From: an archaeon
Lineage (GTDB): Archaea; Nanobdellota; Nanobdellia; Woesearchaeales; UBA9642
Direction of reading: 5' to 3'
Length of the DNA: 64,000 bases
NCBI GenBank assembly: GCA_020057295.1
Contig: JAGVGF010000003.1
Coordinates: 160,001 to 224,000 of the forward strand
Each line of letters starts with the position of its first letter. The first letter of the stretch is position 1. Position numbers and translations under genes: made by a program. The notes under the pieces are model-generated. The model ran no database searches, was not told where the DNA came from, and worked only from the letters and a program-made list of their open reading frames with translations. Below, in pieces: positions 8,668 through 18,352 of this stretch.

Positions 8668-9846
8668 ATGAATAAAAAATTTGATAAAAATTTTTGGTAT
8701 GTTTTTGGAACATCAGTTGGCATAATTGTAGTTGCTGTACTGATTGTTATGATGATTGTAGATTTAAGTACAACTAAAGGACTAACAGGTCAAGTAATAA
8801 AAAATAAAGATTCTATAAAATTAGGTCTTATCACTCCATTGACTGGTGATGCAGCATCATTTGGTCAAGCTGAATTAGATGCAACAAATATTGCTATAGA
8901 TGAAATTAATTCTAAAGGCGGAGTTAATGGTAGATTATTACAATTAATCCCTGAAGATGGAAGATGTAATGGAAGAGATGCAACAAGTGCTGCTCAGAAA
9001 TTAATTAATATAGATAAAGTAAGAATTATTTTAGGCGGAGCATGCAGTGGAGAAACATTAGCAATCGCACCAATATCAGAACCAAGCAAGATAATATTAT
9101 TTGCCGCATTCTCTAGCAGTCCAAAAATAAGTGATGCAGGAGAGTATATTTTCAGAAATAGTCCAACAGATAATGATTGGGCACCAATAATGGCTGAAAC
9201 GTTAACAAAACAAGGTTATAAAAAAGTTGCAGTTGTAACAGAAAATACAGATTATGCAATGGGTGTTAGAGATATATTCAAAGTAAAATTTAAGGAACTT
9301 GGTGGAACAATAGTTGCTGATGAAGTATACAGTCAAGGATCCAAGGATTTCAGAACACAAATACTAAAAGTAAAAGATGGAAATCCTGATGTAATATTCG
9401 TAAATCCGCAAGATGATGTATCAGGCGCGTTGCTTGCAAAACAATTAAGAGAATTAGGAGTAAATACTCCATTTTATAGTGCATTCTTCTTAAGCAGTCC
9501 AAAAGCTATAGAATTAGCAGGATCTGCAGTCGAAGGAGCAACATACTTAGATGTAAGAGATTTGAGTACAAATGCAGGGAAAGCTCTTATTGAAGAATAT
9601 AAGAGAGAAAAAGGAACTCCTGTAAGTGAATTTATCATAGGAGCAAATTATGATAGAGTTTACATAATTAAGGGAGCTCTAGAAAAATGTTCTGAAGATA
9701 CTACTTGTATTAAGAATTATCTTTACACTATAAAAAATTACGAAGGAGTAATCGGAACATACGGTTTCAAAAGTAATGGCGATATGGACACAGTGTTCTT
9801 ATCGATGAAAAGAATCGTAAATGGAACTTCAATCGTACTAGAATAA
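8668..9846 (+). CDS. Liv-type ABC substrate-binding protein 3 with N-terminal TM anchor
   Basis: TM FGTSVGIIVVAVLIVMMIV; PLTGDAASFG, EDGRC..GACSG, YIFRNSP, DFRTQILK. Confidence 0.92.
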   Translation: MNKKFDKNFWYVFGTSVGIIVVAVLIVMMIVDLSTTKGLTGQVIKNKDSIKLGLITPLTGDAASFGQAELDATNIAIDEINSKGGVNGRLLQLIPEDGRCNGRDATSAAQKLINIDKVRIILGGACSGETLAIAPISEPSKIILFAAFSSSPKISDAGEYIFRNSPTDNDWAPIMAETLTKQGYKKVAVVTENTDYAMGVRDIFKVKFKELGGTIVADEVYSQGSKDFRTQILKVKDGNPDVIFVNPQDDVSGALLAKQLRELGVNTPFYSAFFLSSPKAIELAGSAVEGATYLDVRDLSTNAGKALIEEYKREKGTPVSEFIIGANYDRVYIIKGALEKCSEDTTCIKNYLYTIKNYEGVIGTYGFKSNGDMDTVFLSMKRIVNGTSIVLE

Positions 9847-9862
9847 GCTTATTTATTTTCAA

Positions 9863-9918
9863 GGCGGCACGAGTTTATGCTATCCCTAATAGTAATTTAC
9901 ATAAATTCACGTGCCGCC
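9863..9918 (+). other. GC-rich stem-loop between the third binding-protein gene and livH
   Basis: GGCGGCACG-AGTTTATG ... CATAAATT-ca-CGTGCCGCC: perfect 9-bp basal stem plus an 8-bp upper stem. Confidence 0.75.
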
Positions 9919-9941
9919 GAGATACTTTAAAGAGATGAAAA

Positions 9942-10037
9942 ATGAAAATATTTACAAAAATATTATTGTTGTCATACGCGACAGTTTTTGTAGTGTCAGC
10001 AATAGTAGATATTATATTAAAAAGCTTAAAAGGATAA
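9942..10037 (+). CDS. Possible 31-aa single-TM peptide
   Basis: MKIFTKILLLSYATVFVVSAIVDIILKSLKG*, co-oriented, within the 225-nt gap before livH. Confidence 0.35.
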   Translation: MKIFTKILLLSYATVFVVSAIVDIILKSLKG

Positions 10038-10071
10038 AAATATAAACACATTATGCCAAAAAGAGGTAAAT

Positions 10072-10953
10072 ATGATACTTGCACAATTAATTGCTAACAG
10101 CATCATCATTGGTAGCATTTATGCATTAGTTGCTGCAGGCTTCGCGTTAGTCTATTCTACAAATAAATTCATGCACTTTGCACATGGTGTTATGGTTGCA
10201 TTTAGTGGATACATGTTATTTTTGATGTTTTCTATATTAGGCGTAAATTTTTACATATCTTGTTTTATTACTTTAATACTTGCAGGATTATTAGGTTGGA
10301 TTTCTTATAGGGTTGTTTATGAACCTTTACAGAAACGTAAATCTTCTAATGTTATACTATTAATAGCATCATTAGGATTATTAATATTGTTAGAGAATAC
10401 TTTAATGATTTTTTTTGGTCCAGACATAAAGACTATAAATTATTTCGGCATCGCTAAAGGAATAGATATTCTAGGAGCAATAGTTACTCCTATACAGATT
10501 GCAATTATAATAATCACGTTAGTTTTACTTGTAGGATTATATTTTTTTATGAATAAATCTAAGATTGGTAGAAATATGCGTGCAGTAGCAGATAATAAAG
10601 AATTAACAAGTATAACGGGAATAAATTATAGATCTATTGCAGATTTATCATTCATAATAGGTTCAGTGCTTGCTGGAATTGCAGGAATACTTATAGCAAT
10701 AGAACAAAATTTGACTCCAGCAATGGGTACTGGATTAATAATTAAAGGATTTACTGGAGCGGTAATTGGAAGTATAATGTCTGTTCCAGGATCAATAATT
10801 GGAAGTTACATCCTAGGATTTGCAGAAAATTTTGGAGTATGGTTTTTACCATCAGAATATAAAGATGCGATAGCATTCATATTATTATTTATATTCCTAT
10901 TATTCAAACCAAACGGACTTTTCGGAGTAGACAAAGGAGTAAGAAACAAGTGA
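10072..10953 (+). CDS. livH: Branched-chain amino acid ABC permease LivH
   Basis: GSIYALVAAGFALVY..FMHFAHG, IGRNMRAVADN, LLFKPNGLFG. Confidence 0.93.
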   Translation: MILAQLIANSIIIGSIYALVAAGFALVYSTNKFMHFAHGVMVAFSGYMLFLMFSILGVNFYISCFITLILAGLLGWISYRVVYEPLQKRKSSNVILLIASLGLLILLENTLMIFFGPDIKTINYFGIAKGIDILGAIVTPIQIAIIIITLVLLVGLYFFMNKSKIGRNMRAVADNKELTSITGINYRSIADLSFIIGSVLAGIAGILIAIEQNLTPAMGTGLIIKGFTGAVIGSIMSVPGSIIGSYILGFAENFGVWFLPSEYKDAIAFILLFIFLLFKPNGLFGVDKGVRNK

Positions 10954-10957
10954 AAAA

Positions 10958-11833
10958 ATGATAGAAGCATACCTTATACATTTACTAATCCTGGTAGGAA
11001 TTTATAGTGTATTAGCTGTAAGTCTAAATTTAGCTCTAGGAAATACCGGATTAATGAATATGGGTCATATTGCATTTTTCGGAATAGGAGCTTACACTTC
11101 TGTAATATTCACGAAAGATTTGGGTGTTCCATTCTTTGCAGCATTTCTGATTGCTGGACTATTAACGAGTGTATTTGGATTTATACTAGTGTATGCTACG
11201 AGAAAATTACGTGGAGATTATCTTGCTCTTGCAACTTTAGGATTTAGCTTCGTGATTTATAGTTTAATGCTTAATTGGAGTTCTGTAACAAGAGGACCAT
11301 TAGGAATACCTGGAATAAGTAAACCTTGCTTCTTCGGATTATGTATCGCTAATAATTTACAATATCTAATATTTGTGTTAATAATCTCAGCAATATCAAT
11401 TGCTATAATGTATATTATTGTAAATTCTAGTTTTGGAAAGTTACTTGCTGCAACAAGAGATGATGATATTGGATTGAGAGCATTAGGAAAAAATACATTC
11501 ATGTTAAAATCAAAGGCATTGATGATATCGGCTTTCTTTGCTGGCATTGCAGGAAGTTTATTTGCACACTACATAACTTATATTGATCCATCATCATTCA
11601 TGCTTTCAGAAGTTATACTAATATTTACTATAGTTATTGTTGGAGGAATAGCTTCAATAAAGGGAAGTATTGTATCAACATTCCTTATAATATTAATTCC
11701 TGAATTGTTAAGATTCCTTAACATTCCAAGCAGTGTGCTTGGACCAGCAAGACAGATAATTTATGCATTAATACTTTTAGTGATAGTTTTATGGAGGCCT
11801 AAAGGTTTATTTGGAAAAATAGATCTTGAATAA
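10958..11833 (+). CDS. livM: Branched-chain amino acid ABC permease LivM
   Basis: SLNLALGNTGL.NMGH.AFFGIGAY, LRGDYLALATLGF, TRGPLGI, RPKGLFG. Confidence 0.93.
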   Translation: MIEAYLIHLLILVGIYSVLAVSLNLALGNTGLMNMGHIAFFGIGAYTSVIFTKDLGVPFFAAFLIAGLLTSVFGFILVYATRKLRGDYLALATLGFSFVIYSLMLNWSSVTRGPLGIPGISKPCFFGLCIANNLQYLIFVLIISAISIAIMYIIVNSSFGKLLAATRDDDIGLRALGKNTFMLKSKALMISAFFAGIAGSLFAHYITYIDPSSFMLSEVILIFTIVIVGGIASIKGSIVSTFLIILIPELLRFLNIPSSVLGPARQIIYALILLVIVLWRPKGLFGKIDLE

Positions 11834-11845
11834 TTAAGTGAAAAA

Positions 11846-12589
11846 ATGATATTGCAAATAACTAATTTAACAAAACATTATGGAGGAATTCATGCACTTG
11901 ATAAGTGCACATTAGATATTGCTCCTAAAAAGATAACTGCAATAATTGGTCCAAATGGTTCAGGAAAAACTACGTTGTTCGATGCAATAACTAAACTAAT
12001 AACAGTAGATGAAGGACGAGTAGTTTTAAATGGTAAGGACATAACTAACATGAATGATTATGATATTGCAAAATCAGGAATTTCAAGAACATTCCAACAA
12101 GTTAGATTATTCAAAAATTTAACAATCAAAGAGCATCTAGAAATCGCGTTAAGAGTTGATGACGAAAAATTATTCAAAGTTTTATTAAATAAGGTATTTA
12201 TTAAAGAAAAAAATAATACTCACAAAATTAAAGAAATTCTTGCACTAGTGGGTTTAGACAAACCTCTTGAAACTTATGCTTCAGATTTAAGTTATGGGCA
12301 ACGTAAACTTTTAGATTTAGCAATAGCTATTGCAAAACCACATACAATATTATTATTGGATGAGCCTGTGGCAGGAGTAAATCCAAAATTAAGAGTAGAA
12401 ATTGTCAACATAATAAAGAAGTTAAAATCTTTAGGAGAAACAATTGTGTTAATAGAGCACGATATGAATTTTGTAATGGGTCTAGCAGATACAGTGTTTG
12501 TATTAGAGGCAGGACGGGTGATTGCGAATGGAAAACCATCAGAAATACAAAACAACAAAAGAGTATTAGAGGCATATTTAGGAGGATAA
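11846..12589 (+). CDS. livG: Branched-chain amino acid ABC ATPase LivG
   Basis: GPNGSGKTT, SRTFQ, LSYGQRK, LLDEPVAG, IEHDM, VLEAYLG. Confidence 0.93.
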   Translation: MILQITNLTKHYGGIHALDKCTLDIAPKKITAIIGPNGSGKTTLFDAITKLITVDEGRVVLNGKDITNMNDYDIAKSGISRTFQQVRLFKNLTIKEHLEIALRVDDEKLFKVLLNKVFIKEKNNTHKIKEILALVGLDKPLETYASDLSYGQRKLLDLAIAIAKPHTILLLDEPVAGVNPKLRVEIVNIIKKLKSLGETIVLIEHDMNFVMGLADTVFVLEAGRVIANGKPSEIQNNKRVLEAYLGG

Positions 12590-12613
12590 ATACTTAAGAG
12601 TATTAAAATTAAA

Positions 12614-13321
12614 ATGTTATCAATAAAAAATTTACATGCAGGATATAATGGACTGAAAGTCCTGAAGGGCATAGATGTACATGTCAAACCAAATGAGATA
12701 GTTGCATTAATAGGTCCGAATGGCGCAGGAAAATCTACTGTCATAAAAGCAATATTCAACATAGCAAACGTTTATGATGGTAAAATTATTTTTAAAGATA
12801 AAGATATAACTAATATGAAAACACATCAGTTAATGAAATTAGGAATAAGTTATGTAAACCAAGGAAGAATAAATTTTGGAAATCTTACTGTTGAAGAAAA
12901 TCTTACAATAGGCGCAGATTCAATCCATGATTCTAGTGTAGTAAAGAAAAATTTAGATGCAGTATATAAGAAATTTCCTGTACTTAAAGAGAGAAGAAAA
13001 AGTTTAGCTTACGGATTAAGCGGTGGGCAACAACAAATGTTAGCGTTAGGAAGAGCATTAATGCACAAGCCATCATTATTATTACTTGATGAACCATCGT
13101 TAGGATTAAGCCCGTTATTACAGAAACAATTATTCAAAATAATTCAAGACTTGCGCGATGATGGAATTTCTATATTAATTGTTGAACAGAATGCTAAGCG
13201 AGCTATAGAAATGGCTGACAGAACTTATGTTCTTGAAGATGGTAAAATTGCATTGATGGGCGGAAAAGATATCGTAAACCATGAAAAGATAAAAAGTGTA
13301 TATCTTGGCGGTAGATATTAA
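12614..13321 (+). CDS. livF: Branched-chain amino acid ABC ATPase LivF
   Basis: GPNGAGKST, LSGGQQQMLALGRAL, LDEPSLGLSP, VEQNA. Confidence 0.93.
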   Translation: MLSIKNLHAGYNGLKVLKGIDVHVKPNEIVALIGPNGAGKSTVIKAIFNIANVYDGKIIFKDKDITNMKTHQLMKLGISYVNQGRINFGNLTVEENLTIGADSIHDSSVVKKNLDAVYKKFPVLKERRKSLAYGLSGGQQQMLALGRALMHKPSLLLLDEPSLGLSPLLQKQLFKIIQDLRDDGISILIVEQNAKRAIEMADRTYVLEDGKIALMGGKDIVNHEKIKSVYLGGRY

Positions 13322-13388
13322 TGGACATATCAATAAACTAAATATTACTTAGTACTTATTTTTCTAGAGGTGAGTTAGGGAAAAATGA

Positions 13389-13931
13389 ATGGGCTTAGAA
13401 AAATTAATCAAAAACGAGAACACGAGAACTGTCGTAGCGGATGTTACTGCACAAATAACTAATGCTCTTATATTTGGATCTTTCTTAGATTATAATGCTG
13501 GTCTGAGGACATTCTGGCCTTTTTTTACTTCAAGATTACTTAATACATCTATCGCTGCTTCAACAGCAGATCATTACAACAAGATACGCGAATATTTTTA
13601 TGATAAAACAAATACAAATGATGCTAGCGGTTTTTGGAGAAAATACTTTGTAGAACTTGCAGCGTTTAACACTTTACCAACGATGGGATATGGTGTAGCT
13701 CTAGGAATTGTAAGCATTGCTTCATCTTATATGACGGATTTTAAAATAGATAGTAATACATTAAATAAAGCATTACATGATGGATGGCACGCGTACACAA
13801 GCATCGTCCTATATACTCCTGTGACATCTATTCTTACATCGAAATGGAATGATTGGTTCAGAAAAATGTTTAATGTATATACTCCTGCCGAGAAATCAAC
13901 ACTACATCATATGAAAGATATTACGCCATAA
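13389..13931 (+). CDS. L-alanine exporter AlaE-like membrane protein
   Basis: ADVTAQ...AGL...TSRLLN...Y.K.R.Y pattern and C-terminal DWFRKMF recall the AlaE/YgaW family. Confidence 0.6.
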   Translation: MGLEKLIKNENTRTVVADVTAQITNALIFGSFLDYNAGLRTFWPFFTSRLLNTSIAASTADHYNKIREYFYDKTNTNDASGFWRKYFVELAAFNTLPTMGYGVALGIVSIASSYMTDFKIDSNTLNKALHDGWHAYTSIVLYTPVTSILTSKWNDWFRKMFNVYTPAEKSTLHHMKDITP

Positions 13932-13963
13932 GATTTATTATAATTAATAATTATTTTTTAAAA

Positions 13964-15100
13964 TTATTCTCTATGTAGTTCGTATCTTAATATCGCAGCG
14001 ATTTTTCCTATCTCTCTTAATTGTACCCCTTCACGTGTTTCTATCGAGATAAGATTCACTTGAGAACTCATTTTTTCAGCTTCTTCTGTAAATTCATCTA
14101 TTACTTCATCTTCTAATGATTCTGATAATAATAATGTGTCTACCGCTCCTAGTTTTATGCATTGCATAACTTCATCTTTACCATATGCTGCCCTCATAGG
14201 GCTCTTTCCTAGAGTGTCAAAGAATTTTTGCATTATCTTCTTTTCTTCCCCAACTTCTTCTTCGGCAAGAATATCTTCTGACTTTTCCACTAACTCTTGT
14301 AATCCAAATTCTTCTGTATACGATAAATCTTTTATTCCTATAATTTTCTTTTTAACTTCATTAGTAATAAATGCGCCGTCTGCAAACTCATACTTTGTTG
14401 GTCCAGGACCACCTATTATTATACCTTTTAATTCCGGCCCCATATTTAGAAATTGGTCTTTCATTATCTCTCCAATCTTTTTATAGAATGCTTTTGCAGC
14501 AAGTTCCCTGTTCTGTGCGAATCTTACTGAAGACTGTCCACCAGCTCTCATCTTTCCCGGAACCATCGAATCTTCTTTAACTAATGGTATAATTGTTTTT
14601 CCTTTTAATATAGCAACAGTTGCATCACGCTTATCCATCACTACTAAACCATATATTGTCCTATCTTGAGATAATTCTATTAATGGATCGAGAATAAATT
14701 CTTTATCACAGCGATATATTCTGATATTAATTGGTGATGGTGGCTCTATAGACCATACGCGATAATCTTGAAATCCGTCCCTTTCAGCAACATTTCCAGC
14801 GAACGCGGCAAGTCCATATGCTGGAGTTCTTCCTATCTGTTTCAAATGCTGAATCATTCTTTCAAGTGCAGAAATAACATTATCTCGTGTGCCTTTACTT
14901 TTAATGTTAGAAGCAGTTCCCTGTTCTTGTTGCAAATGATTAATAACACTAATTAAATCATAACCCGAAGGTACATAAACTGATACTAATTCTGTATGTC
15001 TACCCTTAAAATTTATTAGTTCTTTAACAAAATGTTTCAGTTTCTGTCTCTGTTGCGGTGTTATCTTTCCCTTTCCTTCCTTTGTAGCTTCATTTGCCAT
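13964..15100 (-). CDS. prf1: Peptide chain release factor aRF1
   Basis: GRHTELVSVY, ASNIKS, YRCDKEF, GGQS, AAILRY. Confidence 0.97.
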   Translation of the reverse strand: MANEATKEGKGKITPQQRQKLKHFVKELINFKGRHTELVSVYVPSGYDLISVINHLQQEQGTASNIKSKGTRDNVISALERMIQHLKQIGRTPAYGLAAFAGNVAERDGFQDYRVWSIEPPSPINIRIYRCDKEFILDPLIELSQDRTIYGLVVMDKRDATVAILKGKTIIPLVKEDSMVPGKMRAGGQSSVRFAQNRELAAKAFYKKIGEIMKDQFLNMGPELKGIIIGGPGPTKYEFADGAFITNEVKKKIIGIKDLSYTEEFGLQELVEKSEDILAEEEVGEEKKIMQKFFDTLGKSPMRAAYGKDEVMQCIKLGAVDTLLLSESLEDEVIDEFTEEAEKMSSQVNLISIETREGVQLREIGKIAAILRYELHRE

Positions 15101-15146
15101 ATTATTAGAATAAGAGGATGGTTTTTAAATGTTATTGCCTTACTTG

Positions 15147-15698
15147 CTAAGAATTTACTTTAATGTTTAATGCAGTCGTATTAGCTCTTTTTAATTTTTC
15201 GAATTCTGCTTTTAACTCTTCCCATTGAGTTCCTATACTCATTTTATTATATCTAGATAGGATTGGATGCATCATTCCAGGAATATTCCTGTTGCTTGCT
15301 ATGTATTGCCAATAGTCATATAATTGTTCTAACTCTTCTAACAATTCATTATTATCATCAACAACATTTTTGAAAGTGATATTTTGATTCGTAATTTTAG
15401 ACATTTTATCTATAATATTATCTCTATCTGTTTTTATTTTTTCCATGCTTTTTGTCAATGTATCTCTCATAATCGTCGCAATTTGCATCAAAACTACAGG
15501 TCTTTCAATAAGCATCTTAGGAGTTTCATTATGATGTTGATTAAAAAACAATCCCAAGCCAGAATCGAAGTTATCTCTAACCTTTTGTATGTCTTGATTT
15601 TGATTAACAACTGCTACCTTAAATTGTTCAATTCCAGCTTTCTCGTTCACCCAAGAATTCTCTCCAGCCTTAGCGCGTGCAATGTTTGGTGTTACCAT
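15147..15698 (-). CDS. Hypothetical alpha-helical protein
   Basis: 183-aa ORF with its own TATA box (TTTAAATA, 15728-15721) 30 nt before ATG. Confidence 0.7.
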   Translation of the reverse strand: MVTPNIARAKAGENSWVNEKAGIEQFKVAVVNQNQDIQKVRDNFDSGLGLFFNQHHNETPKMLIERPVVLMQIATIMRDTLTKSMEKIKTDRDNIIDKMSKITNQNITFKNVVDDNNELLEELEQLYDYWQYIASNRNIPGMMHPILSRYNKMSIGTQWEELKAEFEKLKRANTTALNIKVNS

Positions 15699-15770
15699 AC
15701 ATATTCAATTAAGTCATGAATATTTAAATTTTGTCAAAAATTTTATAAACAATACAATTAATCCATACAT

Positions 15771-16658
15771 ATGGAGTTCAGACATTCTACAGGATTGTTT
15801 CAAGAAGGAAAGGCTGTAAAGTATTATGATGATGTAGAATCATTAAATGTATCTTTAGAACAATTCAATAATCCTTTACCAATATCGCGTTTAGCATTAA
15901 AAGAGTTACGTAAAGTAGAATATAAAGAAAAGATTATTCATGCAAACATGCTTCTTGTAAAGAAATTAATTGCTGATTCCGTAAATACTGATACACATAT
16001 TATCCAAGCTATCAATTCCATTGAAGAATTAGATAAAGTATGTAATACACTTGTTAAAAGAATCAGGGAATGGTATGGATATTATTATCCTGAATTAGAA
16101 CATCAAATCCAGGATAATGAGGCATTCATTAAATTACTATTAGAAAAGTCTAAAAACGAATTTATGGTTGAGTCGAATCAGCAAGTTTCTATGGGTCCAG
16201 ATTTAGATCCTAAAGATTTAGACACAATATTAACATTTGCAAGACAAGTTGATGATTTATATCTTCAAAGATCAAAATTAGTAACATATATTGATAATGT
16301 CATGATTAAATATTGTCCAAACATGTACTCATTAACAGGAGCAATTATAGGAGCAAAACTACTTGAGAGAGCAAGATCATTAAAACATTTAGCAATGCTA
16401 CCAAGTTCAACAGTACAATTACTCGGAGCAGAGAAAGCATTATTCAGACATTTACGTAATAAAAATATTAGGCCACCAAAACATGGTTTAATATTAAGTC
16501 ATCCATTAGTGATGGGTGCACGAAGAGATATGCGTGGAACAGCAGCAAGGCTATTTGCATCAAAAGTTAGTATTGCAGCAAAGATAGATTACTTCCACGG
16601 AGAATTCATAGGAGATAAATTACTCCAAGAACTAGAGAAAAAATTGAAAGGAAAATAA
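15771..16658 (+). CDS. nop5: Box C/D sRNP protein Nop5 (Nop56/58)
   Basis: RIREWYGYYYPEL, PSSTVQLLGAEKALFRHL, PPKHGLI, IAAKIDYF. Confidence 0.96.
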   Translation: MEFRHSTGLFQEGKAVKYYDDVESLNVSLEQFNNPLPISRLALKELRKVEYKEKIIHANMLLVKKLIADSVNTDTHIIQAINSIEELDKVCNTLVKRIREWYGYYYPELEHQIQDNEAFIKLLLEKSKNEFMVESNQQVSMGPDLDPKDLDTILTFARQVDDLYLQRSKLVTYIDNVMIKYCPNMYSLTGAIIGAKLLERARSLKHLAMLPSSTVQLLGAEKALFRHLRNKNIRPPKHGLILSHPLVMGARRDMRGTAARLFASKVSIAAKIDYFHGEFIGDKLLQELEKKLKGK

Positions 16659-16659
16659 A

Positions 16660-17361
16660 ATGCCAGAGATAAAACAGTTTAAACATTTCAAGGGAGTATA
16701 TTGTATTGGTAGTGGTAATCGAACTACTTTGCTCACTAAGAATCTTGTTCCTGGAAAAATTGTTTATGGAGAATCATTATTTTATGATAAGGATGCTGAA
16801 GGTAATAAAGTAGAATATCGTGAATGGGATCCTGAACGTTCAAAACTTGGCGCTGCTTTAATGCGTGAAGTTAGTCAGATTAGTATTAAAGAAAATGATT
16901 ATGTATTATATCTTGGGTGCTCTACTGGAACTACTGTTAGTCACGTTTCTGATATTGTTGGAAAGAATGGTTTAGTTTACGCACTTGATTTTGCACCAAG
17001 AGTGTTAAGAGATATGGTATTTGTTGCTGAAGATAGAACTAATATAGCACCAATAATGGCTGACGCAAATAAACCAGATACGTACGCGCATTTGATATCT
17101 GAAGTAGACACAGTATTTATGGATATTGCACAGAAGAATCAGGCTGAAATATTTATTAAAAATTGTCAATTATATCTTAAAGAAGGCGGATTTGGACTAC
17201 TTGCTGTAAAGGCAAGAAGTGTTGATGTAACAAGATATCCTAAGGATGTATTCAGACAAATACGTGCACTTTTAGAGAAAGAAATGACAATCACAGATTA
17301 CAGAGAATTAGATCCTTATGAGATGGATCATGCAATATTTGTTGTTAAGAAGAAAATATAA
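16660..17361 (+). CDS. flpA: Fibrillarin-like rRNA/tRNA 2'-O-methyltransferase
   Basis: VYGE, YREWDPERSKLGA, VLYLGCSTGTTVSHVSD, DIAQKNQ, KARSVD. Confidence 0.97.
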   Translation: MPEIKQFKHFKGVYCIGSGNRTTLLTKNLVPGKIVYGESLFYDKDAEGNKVEYREWDPERSKLGAALMREVSQISIKENDYVLYLGCSTGTTVSHVSDIVGKNGLVYALDFAPRVLRDMVFVAEDRTNIAPIMADANKPDTYAHLISEVDTVFMDIAQKNQAEIFIKNCQLYLKEGGFGLLAVKARSVDVTRYPKDVFRQIRALLEKEMTITDYRELDPYEMDHAIFVVKKKI

Positions 17362-17411
17362 ATTACTAAAAGATTAATTCTTAAAATAATATAAAAATAA
17401 AAATATTTTAT

Positions 17412-18296
17412 TTAGTTTAATGATGGTCTGTAATTTATTCCCTTATTTAACAAGTCTAGTTGTTTAACAACTTCTATAGCATATTCTTTTGGAGCATTTT
17501 CTGCTAATTTCCATGGATGTGTTATTCCTGAAGAACTATTTATTCTTGCAAGACCGCCATTATATGTTCCGTTATGCAATGCATTTCTTATTCTCATTAA
17601 ATCTCCTTCTTGATCGCCTACGCCAGGAATTAATAATGGTATTCCGCAAAATGATCCATCATCTACAATTATTTCTAAATCTTTTGGGTGTGTTGCTCCA
17701 AATACCATTCCAACATTTGAGTGTGGTCTTGCCCAATCAAGAACTTTACTTGCAACAACACCATACAATTGTCTTCCTTGTGATGTTCCAAGTAGTTGAA
17801 AATCTTCAGATCCTTTGTTTGATGTTAATGTTAAAACATAAACTCCTTTTTCTGGAGATAAATCTGCAAATGGCATTACGGAATCAGTTCCCATATATCC
17901 ATGAACTGTTACTGCATCAACATTCCAATTAATTAATCCCGCTATTGCATAATTTTTTGATGATTTACCAATATCTCCTCGCTTAAAATCTAGTATTATA
18001 GGAACATTTGGAAGTTCTTTTCTAACCATTTGTATTCCGTGTGCGAGTGTTAATGATCCTTCAAAATTCCCTTCGTGAGGTTTGTCGTGAATTTCGTAAA
18101 ATCCGTGATTGAATTTAATCGCTCCTGGAAGAACTCCTTGATGATTCATTTTTGTAAATACTTTGTATAAGAATTCTAGTGATTTATCATTAAAACTTCC
18201 TTTTTCTGGTATTGCGCCATCTACTAGATCTAGTCCCATACATGCTATGCTTTCATTTTCTAATGCAGAACGTATTAATTTATCTTTGAAATCCAT
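17412..18296 (-). CDS. pyrF: Orotidine-5'-phosphate decarboxylase
   Basis: ACMGLD, ILDFKRGDIG, YMGTDS, TSNKGS, GATHP, LIPGVGDQ, INSS. Confidence 0.93.
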   Translation of the reverse strand: MDFKDKLIRSALENESIACMGLDLVDGAIPEKGSFNDKSLEFLYKVFTKMNHQGVLPGAIKFNHGFYEIHDKPHEGNFEGSLTLAHGIQMVRKELPNVPIILDFKRGDIGKSSKNYAIAGLINWNVDAVTVHGYMGTDSVMPFADLSPEKGVYVLTLTSNKGSEDFQLLGTSQGRQLYGVVASKVLDWARPHSNVGMVFGATHPKDLEIIVDDGSFCGIPLLIPGVGDQEGDLMRIRNALHNGTYNGGLARINSSSGITHPWKLAENAPKEYAIEVVKQLDLLNKGINYRPSLN

Positions 18297-18352
18297 TTTA
18301 TTTACCTCGTTATTTAGTCTGATAATTTATCTTTGTATAATTATTTTATAAA

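Noticed and set aside
9875-10084. 69-aa minus-strand ORF
   Set aside because: Antisense inside an operon and overlapping the hairpin; no coding signal.
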